DNA of 20,451 bases from Octopus sinensis. Its lineage: Eukaryota. This document shows positions 9,517 to 18,880 of this stretch, piece after piece. The notes beneath the pieces were generated by a model. It was not told the DNA's origin and did not search any database. It saw only the letters and a program-made list of their open reading frames with translations. How positions within the stretch are numbered: the stretch's first letter is position 1; each line of letters opens with the position of its first letter. A program made the position numbers and the translations under genes. The DNA is taken from positions 1 through 20,451 of the forward strand of contig NW_021823986.1 of NCBI RefSeq assembly GCF_006345805.1, written 5' to 3'.

Positions 9517-9671
9517 GATGGGCTTCTTACAGTTTCTATCTACCAAAAGTGGATTTGGCTGGCCTGAGGCTATAGTAGAAGACACTTGCCTAAGGTGTCA
9601 TGCAGTGGGAGTGAACCCGAAACCATGTGGTTGGGAAGCAAGCTTCTTACCACACAGCCACTCCTGCGTCT
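9146..9671 (-). mobile_element. SINE family A, older subfamily, with a duplicated internal module
   Basis: CATC(G/A)GTTGTCAAG(T/C)GATGGTG..GGACAAACACAGACA + microsatellite occurs twice (~9292 and ~9404). Confidence 0.9.
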
Positions 9672-9674
9672 GCT

Positions 9675-9707
9675 ATATATAATATATATATGTATGTATA
9701 TATATAT

Positions 9708-9773
<66 letters not shown>

Positions 9774-9794
9774 TATATGTAATTATATATATAT

Positions 9795-9841
<47 letters not shown>
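9675..9841. repeat. (TA)n microsatellite
   Basis: Read directly from the sequence. Confidence 0.97.
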
Positions 9842-9843
<2 letters not shown>

Positions 9844-9844
<1 letters not shown>

Positions 9845-10033
9845 TCAATAATAATATAGGGTGGAATTAATTAATTTGGAATAATCATTAATTTCACCAA
9901 GTAGATTTCGCCATGTAAAAGCCCCTTTCAAGGAAGGTTTAAGTAATACTAAGTAATTAAGGGTTTAGCAATGATTTGCCTCACCATTTGGTGTGTGGTG
10001 AGGCAAATCGTTGCTAAACCCTTAATTACTTAG

Positions 10034-10036
<3 letters not shown>
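9844..10036 (-). mobile_element. Putative PLE pseudo-LTR fragment with terminal inversion, between (TA)n tracts
   Basis: Homologous to 1843-1990. 41-bp inverted arms at 9946-9986 and 9996-10036 with one mismatch. Confidence 0.7.
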
Positions 10037-10064
<28 letters not shown>

Positions 10065-10084
10065 TAATATATATATTATATATT

Positions 10085-10136
<52 letters not shown>
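10085..10136. repeat. (GATA)13
   Basis: Read directly from the sequence. Confidence 0.97.
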
Positions 10137-10138
<2 letters not shown>

Positions 10139-10219
10139 CATCCTTTCATGTCCTTTCTTCATACTGGCATTGGGTTGGCTGGTTTGACAAGAACAGAAGA
10201 GCCAGAGGGTGCTGGCAGG

Positions 10220-10222
<3 letters not shown>
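10137..10222 (-). mobile_element. Degraded RTE 3'-tail fragment
   Basis: ATCATCCTTTCATGTCC..TTCATACTGGCATTGGGTTGG resembles 13452-13496. Confidence 0.6.
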
Positions 10223-10260
<38 letters not shown>

Positions 10261-10294
10261 TGTGTGTGTGTGTATGTGTGTGTGTGTGTGTGTG
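10223..10294. repeat. (TG)n microsatellite
   Basis: Read directly from the sequence. Confidence 0.97.
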
Positions 10295-10667
10295 ATATAC
10301 TTACACACAGCCACACACAAATTCATAATTAATCAGACATAAGTATTTACAGAAATTGTGTAGAAGCCACCCACCACCCATAAGTTTCTATCATATATTT
10401 GTGCATGTGTATCAGTATATCTGTCTGTGTGTCTGTTTTCCATCAGTGTATATCGACGGGTGATATAAACATAAACGAAGGAAACCAGTAAATCAGTTCC
10501 CTCCAAACGAAGTCCCTTGAGCTATTTGTTCTGCATCAATTCGCAGGCACTCCCTTGTCAGTCTGTCATAATAGCAGAGAACCAGTTATCAATGTGTTGG
10601 GCACCTGTAAACACAAACAAAGCTGCAAATGTCTATTAATTCATTTATTTGTTTTAATAAAATATGT

Positions 10668-11074
10668 AGGCGTAGGAGTGGCTGTGTGGTAAGTAGCTTG
10701 CTAACCAGCCACATGGTTCCGGGTTCAGTCCCACTGCATGGCATCTTGGGCAAGTGTCTTCTGCTATAGCCCCGGGCCGACCAATGCCTTGTGAGTAGAT
10801 TTGGTAGACGGAAACTGAAAGAAGCCTGTCGTATATATATATATGTATGTGTGTGTGTGTCTGTGTTTGTCCCCCTAGCATTGCTTGACAACCGATGCTG
10901 GTGTGTTTACGTCCCTGTCACTTAGCGGTTCGGCAAAAGAGACCGATAGAATAAGTACTGGGCTTACAAAGAATAAGTCCAGGGATCGATTTGCTCGACT
11001 AAAAGGCGGTGCTCCAGCATGGCCGCAGTCAAATGACTGAAACAAGTAAAAGAGTAAAAGAGTAAAAGAGAGAG
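10668..11074 (+). mobile_element. SINE family A, full length, young subfamily
   Basis: Starts GGCGTAGGAGTGGCTGTGTGG, has B-like GGTTCAGTCCC and a complete tail ending (GTAAAAGA)-type repeats. Confidence 0.96.
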
Positions 11075-11214
11075 CTTGATGAGCAACACTTCATGTGCCA
11101 TGCCTCTCTCTTCATGTGCCATGTTTACAAGCATCAGTGATCATGAGCCTTTATACCAAACTCTGAAGATTCTCGTTGTTTTCTGCTGGTTCATTCACTC
11201 AGCTGGTGTTCTTT

Positions 11215-11515
11215 TCCAAACTTCCCTTCCATTAGGTCCTATCAGAAAGTCTTTGACTTTCTGGCTCGATTCCCAAACTTGCTCAACTGCGACCATGGAC
11301 ATTATTCAACCATTTCATTCTCGATTTACCTCGAGATCTTCTGCCAACTGACTTGGTTTGAAGAATCCGTCTTGGGATTCTTTCCTGTATCATTCTAAAC
11401 ACATATCCATAGCACTGGGAGCTGTGATCTCTCAGTGCAGAGAGGTAGGGGCTCAACCGGGAGCAACTCCTTCATCTCCAAGCTATGCCCCCTGTCAAGT
11501 AACATTACTCTAGAA
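11215..11515 (-). pseudogene. Old RTE LINE ORF C-terminal fragment
   Basis: Minus translation RVMLLDRGHSLEMKELLPVEPLPLCTERSQL/QCYGYVFRMIQERIPRRILQTKSVGRRSRGKSRMKWLNNV matches the RTE pattern IERSQLRWYGHVxRM...GRRxRGRPRxRW. One frameshift and several stops. Confidence 0.8.
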
Positions 11516-11646
11516 CAGTGCTTTTCAACCTTTTTGCTGGAGCGGAACCCCAAGGAAACATTCCACTGGCTCGAGGAACCCCTGTGCAATAATTTAATAG
11601 TCTTCTGCACACATATCTGCACAGGAGAATTAAAAATTACTGCCGA
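11516..11646. mobile_element. hAT/Charlie-like DNA transposon, one end only
   Basis: TIR-like CAGTGCTTTTCAACC is preceded by CTCTAGAA (11508-11515), fitting the NTCTAGAN target typical of Charlie/Buster elements. No partner TIR found; inner boundary uncertain. Confidence 0.7.
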
Positions 11647-11914
11647 CAGAATTTGATCTTAGAAAATTAAGAGCCAGAGGGGATCCTGATAAATGTATGT
11701 GAAACTACTGATGTCAGCACAAAACATTCTTTGCCAATTCTCTGTATCATGCTGAAACCATCTGATGCAGATTTACCATTCCATTCATCACTGACTCTCA
11801 GACTTTCATTTGTCATGCCAAGAATCGAGAAATTGATTAAAGTGTGGTCATCTCCTTGCTCCATTGTCTACACATGGTCAAATGGATGCTGCCTTCAGTA
11901 GAGTTGTGGACTAA

Positions 11915-12403
11915 TCTATATATATAAAACTGTAGTTGTGTGAGTGTCTGTCCCCTTCGATTTAGATTCTTAACTACTCCCACATTTTGCGGTGCAGTTT
12001 AACCAAATTCGGGTATCTTATAGTCGTGATTAATATCGAGCCTGTCTGAGTATTAATTTTAAAAATAATTTAACATCATTTTTTATTCCATTTTAATGCA
12101 TAATTTTTCGTGTGTCGATGGCGGCGGAGTTGGCGTCCATGGTCACACCCACACCTGTTTGCTTCTCTCCCTTCTTCCCTCCCTCGTGAAGCTGTGGGGA
12201 AGGGAGTGTAAGGAAATCAACGTCGTAAAGTGTTGTCAAGGAGCGCAGCGTTCTTTTAGAACAACGACTTCATGGCTTGAAGACACCAAAACAGAAATGG
12301 CTAAGAAAGCCCGAATTGGCATCTATAAGGGAAGTAACTCTCTAAAAATGCTTATATAGTTATTTCCCTTACAAACCCGAGCAACGCCGGGCGATACTGC
12401 TAG
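11915..12403 (+). mobile_element. Non-autonomous Helitron (489 bp)
   Basis: 5' TCTATATATATAAAA follows A11914. 3' GC hairpin CCCGAGCAACGCCGGG (12376-12391), then CTAG (12400-12403) followed by T. A|T target and no TSD. Confidence 0.9.
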
Positions 12404-12614
12404 TTTTACATAAATCTGTTATTATTTTGGCATAAAGTTATTGTCTCAGCAAAGGCATTTTGCAAACTTAGAATCAATTTACTGTTTCAAGAGAACAAAG
12501 TAGGCGTCCAAAGAGTTTGGTAAAAATAGAAAATTAATGAAAGAATTTTTTCTTGTACAAAGATGGTTTGTGTGTTTTAAAAGTTTTGTTTCTGCACTCA
12601 TATATATACATAAA

Positions 12615-12881
12615 AGAGTAAAGACCCCATTTGGTCATGAAGGGCCATGGGATAGCACCTAGAAAGTTTCCCTTTGAGGTACAGGTCTGGGTAAGGTGCT
12701 TTATGGAAGACCAGCAGTCACTCATGCATACCAACCTCCCCTCTTCACACCACTGTTGCTATCCAAGGGGAAGGCAAAGGGGCTGATACAGCTTGGCACC
12801 AGTGAGGTTGCAACTCATTTCTACAGCTGAGTGAACTGGAGCAACATGAAATGAAGTGTCTTGCTCAAGAACACAACACAC
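12615..12881 (-). mobile_element. SINE family D, tRNA head missing
   Basis: Aligns to 3195-3437 and 2747-2866. Confidence 0.88.
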
Positions 12882-13039
12882 AAAGCACAAGTTTGTATGA
12901 TTGTGCACAGGTAACTACATAAGTCAATGAAATTCCAGCAGTCTGATTTGGACATTTTATTCTTGTATTTTTCACAGTTTTATAATATTACATACTGTGA
13001 TTATATAAGTACTTTCATTATTATATGCAGTATTGTAAA

Positions 13040-13419
13040 TTGGATGGTTTGACCGGGGATGGTAAGCTGTAAGGCTGCACCAGGCTCCAGTCTGATTTGG
13101 CATGGTTTTCTACGGCTGGATGCCCTTCCTGATGCCAACCAGTCTGAGAGTGTAATGAGTACTTTTACATGCCACTGGCACGGATGCCATTTGTGAGACA
13201 CCAGGGTGTGTTTACATGCCACTGGCATGAGTGCCAGTTTCTGTATCACCGGTATCTGCCACGACTGATTTTGCTCAGCTTGGTAGGTTTTCTCAAGCAT
13301 GACATAATGGCAAAGGTCCTGGTCATTGCCTCCATGAGGCCCAACACACAAAAGGGACTCATCCACCTTGCCTCCATGAAGCCCAACACTTGAAAGGAAC
13401 TCAGCCACTCTGCTTCCAC
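13040..13419 (-). mobile_element. RTE-derived element (3' UTR + ORF-end-derived 42-bp tandem units)
   Basis: 13040-13180 aligns to 13490-13635 (CACCAGGCTCCA..GATTTGGCA..TTTCTAC.GCTGGATGCCCTTCCT.ATGCCAACCA). 13290-13345 resembles the ORF end at 14013-14075. Confidence 0.85.
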
Positions 13420-13437
13420 ATATATATATATATATAT

Positions 13438-15877
13438 CATCATCATCATCATCATCATTGTTTAACGTCCGCTTTCCATGCTAGCATGGGTTGGACGATT
13501 TTGACTGAGGGCTGGCGGACCAGATGGTTGCACCAGGCTCCAATCTTGATTTGGCAGATTTCTACAGCTGGATGCCCTTCCTAATGCCAACCACTCTGAG
13601 ACTGTAGTGGGTGCTTTTTTACGTGCCACCAGCATGAGGGCCAGTCAGGCGGTACTGGCAACGACCTCGCTCGAATCCTTTTACGCATGCCACAAGCACA
13701 GGTGCCAGTAAGGTGACTTTGGTGATGATCACACTCGAATGTACCACTGGCACGGAAGTACCACTGGCACGGAAGCTGGTTAGCCACTCTGTCAATGATC
13801 ACGCTCATATGGTGCTCTTTGCACCCTGCCCATGGACGCCAGTCATCGAATTTGATTTTGATTTTGCTTTTGATTGATTTCATTTCACTTGCCTCAACAG
13901 GTCTTCGCAAGCAGAGTTTTAGTGACCAAAGAAGGAAAAGGTTACGCATAAGTGGGCTGGTTATGCCCCTGGCAAAGGCCATGAGATTATGGTCTCCTTT
14001 TGTTCGCTGGGTCTTCTCACGCACGGCATATTTCCAAAGGTCTCGGTCACTAGTCATTTCCTTGGTGAGGCCTAAAGTTCGAAGGTCGTGCTTCACCACT
14101 TCATCCCAAGTCTCCCTGGGTCTGCCTCTTCTACAGGTTCCCTCAACCGCTAGGGTATGGCACTTTTTCACACAGCTGTCCTCATCCATTCTCGCCACAT
14201 GACCATACCAGCAAAGTCGTCTCTCTTGCACACCACATCTGATGCTTCTTAGCTCCAACTTTTCTCTCAAGGTACTTACACTCAGTCGAGTATGCTCACT
14301 GACATTACACATCCATCGGATCATACTGGCTTCATTCCTTGCAAGCTTACACATGTCCTCAGCAGTCACAGCCCATGTTTCACTGCCATGTAGCATGGCT
14401 GTTCATACACAAGCGCCATACAGTCTACCTTTTACTCTGAGCGAGAGGCCTTTTGTCACCAGCAGAGGTAAGAGCTCTCTGAACTTTGCCCAGGCTATTC
14501 TTATTCTAGCAGCAACACTTTCAGTGCACCTTCCTCCACTACTGACTTGGTCACCTAGGTAACAGAAGCTATCAACTACTTCTAGTTTTTCTCCCTGGAA
14601 TGTGGCGGAAGTTGTTCTCTGCACATTTTCAGTGCTTATTGCTCCCGAGCATCTGCCACATACAAAAACTATCATCCCAGTTAGCCTTCCTTTGATATTA
14701 CTGCACCTCTTATGTGTTCATAGCTTACACTGGGTACATCTTATAGAGTTTCTACCTATGCCTCTACTACAGATTGAGCAGGGCCATCTACCTGAAGGGA
14801 TTTGTGGTTTGCCTGCCTTCTGGCATATTAGGACTTTGGTTTTAGCTAGGTTGATTCTAAGGTCCTTCGATTCTAATCCTTGTCTCCACACTTGAAACTT
14901 TGCCTCTAGTTCTGATAGTGACTCAGCAATTAGAGCAAGGTCATCAGCATAGAGGAGCTCCCAGAGGCATCCTGTCTTGAATTCCTCTGTAATTGCCTGG
15001 AGGACTATGATAAATAGGAGGGGACTGAGGACTGAACCTTGGTGGACCCCTACCTCTACCTTGAATTCTTCAGTGTACTCGTTGCCAACCCTCACCTTAC
15101 TTACAGCGTCCCTGTACATGGCTTGCACAGCTCTCACTAACCATTCATCTATCCCTAGTTTCCTCATTGACCACCAGATAAGGGATCAGGGGACACTGTC
15201 GAAGGCTTTCTCCATGTCAACGACATGGCTAGGGATTTCTCCTGCAGCTGTCTCACCAGAAATATGGCATCAGTGGTGCTTTTCTCTGGCACGAAACCAA
15301 ACTGCATCTCATCTAAACTGACTCTCTCTCTAATTAGTTGGTCTATGACCCTCTCCGTAACCTTCATTACCTGATCCAACAACTTGATACCTCTGTAATT
15401 ATTTGTATCTAAAGCGTCACCTTTACCTTTGTAGCAGTTGACTATTATGCTGCTACACCAGTCATTAGGTATGACACCTTTGTGTATCACCTGATTAACT
15501 ATACGGGTGACTAGGCTATAGCCGACACTGCCAGATATTTTAAGCATCTCTGCAGTAATTCCTGATGGGCCTGGGGCTTTCCCTGTCTTCATGCTTCTAA
15601 TTGCCTTAACTACCAAGGAACTGTCAACTCGGATAGCTGGTCCCTCTGTTGGGTCGACATTCAGCAGACTCTCTTTATCCCATTCATTTTCCTTATTCAG
15701 CAACTTTTCATAATGGTGTCTCCAAACCTCTCTCTTTGCATCCTCATTCAGCGCAAATGAACCATCATCCATGCGAACACATTTCTCTCCTACCACGTCA
15801 CAATTCTCTCTCACATACTGTCTTGCAACACGAAATACCTCAAGTCTTTCATCCTCAAGGTGCAGAACATTGGCAAA
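13438..15877 (-). mobile_element. RTE-clade LINE, 5'-truncated (no endonuclease domain)
   Basis: (ATG)n tail at 13438-13458, ~530-bp 3' UTR and an RT-containing ORF. (TA)n on both flanks. Confidence 0.96.
13995..15877 (-). pseudogene. RTE reverse transcriptase ORF, disrupted
   Basis: Motifs KAPGPSGI, NYRGIKLL, QFGF, VDMEKAFD, GVHQGSVLSPLLF, YADD, FCYLG, MLHGSETW, WYGHVARM, RGRPRETW. Frameshifting deletion near 15225. In-frame TGA at 15186-15188, 14718-14720 and 14403-14405. Confidence 0.95.
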
Positions 15878-15891
15878 TATATATATATATA

Positions 15892-16413
15892 CCATAAATC
15901 TTCAAGTATAGTCCACCCTTGAGTATAATACACAGGGGATTTTTAGCAGGCTGTACCTCTGAAAAACCTAAACCTTGTGTATAATACGCACCCCTTCTCT
16001 AACTTGAGCCATGCGTAATTAAGCCAGCAGCACCTAGTCAAACAAACACTTCCGTGTATGCGTAATACAACAATGATGATGTTCTTAACTGTTATATGGG
16101 AATGTAAATATGTTTGCAAATTGTTTTTGTTACATGTTATTCTGTGTTCTGAATACTTTTATTTTAATAAATGTTGCTTACTGCAAGTTATGGAGGATTC
16201 TTTTAGGAATTCATTGCTTTCAGGCTTAGCTTAAGATATTTTCGTGCCCAACACCACAAAATGCATCTGAATAAACATTGCCGGACAGCAAATAGACACT
16301 CAGACATTGCTTAGGAAATAATTTTCATTTTTAACCTCGTATATAGTACGTACTAGGGATTTTGACCTTTAAATTTTGGGAAAAAAATGCAGGTTATACT
16401 CGAGGATTTATGG
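15892..16413. mobile_element. Tc1/mariner-superfamily (Tc2-like) MITE, 522 bp
   Basis: Left end CCATAAATCTTCAAGTATA versus reverse complement of right end CCATAAATCCTCGAGTATA (2 mismatches in 19). TA on both flanks (15890-15891, 16414-16415). Internal GTATAATAC-like repeats. Confidence 0.88.
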
Positions 16414-17150
16414 TATATATCACTTATGTACACTTGTGTATATATGGAAGATTCCCATCAAGTTATATTGTTCGCCCACAACCATGGAAGGACTCAGGGT
16501 TGAATACAGAGCATTTTATCAATGGATTGATTTATATTCTTACCACTTGACCACAGTAGTTTGAACTAAACCTCATCAGATGAGTTAGAACTTATTTGTT
16601 TGGCTAACGTTTGGTTTGATGAAACAACAATGGACGTGTATGTTTATAAAAACCATTGATAAAATAGTCTCTATACAGCTGTATATACACACATATATAA
16701 AAGTATGGATGCATACACCCACACCCACACACACATGAATGTACAATACACACATGCACGTGTGTGAAAAATTGTGAGCAAACCTTTTGATAAGACGACC
16801 AAATGACATCCGGTGATTTACTTAAAAATAGCATCTTATTAATTGCTATATTGATTTCTTCGCCAACAGCATGTTCCCTGGGTCCAAACCATTAATGGTC
16901 ACAGTTCACCTGTCGGGGAAACGGCTCTGATACCATTATAAACATATAAAAATAAAAAACCTCTTAGTGGCCCTTTTGAGATCGTGTTAGGTGGCAGCAC
17001 CTATTCTATCCAATTATTACAATTTATTATCTTATTAGGTTTCTGAAAGCAGTTAATCTACAATTGAGGTTCATTAGCATTAATTAGGATTTGCCTGTAT
17101 CACTTTTTACAACTATTTTTTATTAAGAAACATTTGTAAGATAATTAATA

Positions 17151-17291
17151 AGCGGAGGAGTGGCTGTGTGGTAAGAAGCTTGCTTCCAAACCACATGGTT
17201 CCGGGTTCAGTACCACAGTGTGGAGACACCTCGTGAGCAGATTGGTAGATGGAAACTGAAAGAAGCCTGACGTGTATGTGTGTGTGTGTGT

Positions 17292-17322
<31 letters not shown>

Positions 17323-17530
17323 AGTTTTTGTGTCTGTTTGTCTGCTACCACCACTTGACAACCGGTGTTGGTTTGTTTACATCCCTCTAACTTAGCACTT
17401 CGACAAAAAGAGATGGTAGAATAAGTGCCAGGTTTTAAAAGAAAGTACTGGGGTTGATTCATTCAACTAAAAGTTCTTCAAGGCAGTGCCCCAGCATGGC
17501 CATACCCTAATGACTGAAACAAATAAAGAA
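17151..17530 (+). mobile_element. SINE family A, older subfamily, part of CORE region deleted
   Basis: Head GGAGTGGCTGTGTGGTAAGAAGC...GGTTCAGTACC. About 35 bp around TTGGGCAAGTGTCTT is missing. Tail GTGCCCCAGCATGGCC..ATGACTGAAACAA. Confidence 0.9.
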
Positions 17531-17762
17531 AAAAATTCAAACTAATTAAAACTGTCCTGTTTTAATTATATTTTAGTTTGTGTTTGATTACAACCTAATT
17601 ACAATCAGCATTTTTTTTTTAATTAACAGTATTTTTCATTTCTTTTTTTTTTTTATTTGGTTGGATAGATTCTTTAACTTTTTAACCTGTTTCAGCTTTA
17701 AAGCTGTGGTCATTCTGGGGCACCGCTGTTGAGGTTGTAACTAATAATATTTACATTGGATA

Positions 17763-17855
17763 AGGTGGCAAACCTGGCAGAATTGTTAGCACTTTGGGGG
17801 AAATTCTTATTGGCATTTTGTCTGTCTTCATGTTCTGAGTTCAAATCTCACCCAG
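17763..17855 (+). mobile_element. SINE family B, head only
   Basis: CTGGCAGAATTGTTAGCAC...TTTTGTCTGTCTTCATGTTCTGAGTTCAAAT matches the reverse complement of 814-887. Confidence 0.8.
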
Positions 17856-17928
17856 TAAAGACATCCCCCTAGCCAGCTTCAATATTGCTAAATTTTCTCC
17901 CACCCTTTCCCCTCTCTTTTTCTTTATT

Positions 17929-18194
17929 CTCTTTTACTCTTTTACTCTTTTACTTGTTTCAGTCATTTGACTGCGGCCATGCTGGAGTACCGCCTTTAGT
18001 CGAGCAAATCGACCCCGGGACTTATTCTTTGTAAGCCCAGTACTTATTCTATCGGTCTCTTTTGCCAAACTGCTAAGTGACGGGGACGTAAACACACCAG
18101 CATCGGTTGTCAAGCAATGCTAGGGGGACAAACACAGACACACAAACATATACATACACACTTATATATATATATATATTATATATATATATAC

Positions 18195-18262
<68 letters not shown>

Positions 18263-18422
18263 GACGGCTTCTTTCAGTTTCCGTCTACCAAATCCACTCA
18301 CAAGGCATTGGTCGGCCCGAGGCTATAGTAGAAGACACTTGCCCAAGATGCCACGCAGTGGGACTGAACCCAGAACCATGTGGTTGGTTAGCAAGCTACT
18401 TACCACACAGCCACTCCTGCGC
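17929..18422 (-). mobile_element. SINE family A, full length, with expanded internal (TA)n
   Basis: Near-identical to the reverse complement of 10668-11074. Internal microsatellite is about 120 bp. Confidence 0.96.
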
Positions 18423-18637
18423 TTATTTCACAAATGTTTTCCCTTTCTTTCTCTCGTTCTGTGCTTCCCACACAATTTCAATCGAACCTTCTACGAGCGA
18501 ATCCCTTGATGACAATGTAACCTTCATGGGACAAAGGTATGCTTGGCTTCACAATAGTAAATGTTTACCCCTCGTTCGGGTAATTACTACTTCCTAGCTT
18601 TGAAACATATGTAGCTTGGATTTAAAAAATATAATAA

Positions 18638-18880
18638 ATGAGCCCTTTTAAAGCCTAGCCAGGCTCATGGGCCCGGTTTCCCGGTTTCTATGGCGCATGT
18701 GTTCCCCAGATGAACGAGATGCCAGTCCATCGCAGCATTACTCATTTTTGCCAGCTGAGTGGAGCAACGTGAATGAAGTGTATTGCTCAAGAAGACAACG
18801 CGTCGCCCGGTCCAGGAATTGAAACCACAATCTTACGATCATGATGCTGACACCCTAACCACTAAGCCACGCGCCTCCAC
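18638..18880 (-). mobile_element. tRNA-derived SINE family C, full length
   Basis: Minus strand: GTGGAGGCGCGTGGCTTAGTGGTTAGGGTG (A box), GGTTTCAATTCC (B-like), TTCTTGAGCAATACACTT, and CTGCGATGGACTGGC (V-domain-like, from recall). Confidence 0.9.

Noticed and set aside
11089-11123. 14-bp direct repeat CTTCATGTGCCATG as a TSD
   Set aside because: Only 7 bp separate the copies; a local tandem duplication rather than an insertion.
13326-13419. 42-bp periodic repeats as a CRISPR array
   Set aside because: Whole units are similar with no unique spacers, there are no cas genes, and the context is eukaryotic.
13581-13994. C-terminal extension of the 271-aa ORF
   Set aside because: RTE similarity ends near YAVREKT. 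The rest is probably read-through into the 3' UTR (inferred loss of the stop), and its distal part aligns to non-coding UTR copies elsewhere in the window.
13795-15897. Plus-strand ORFs over the LINE
   Set aside because: Antisense shadows of the RT frame with no recognisable motifs.
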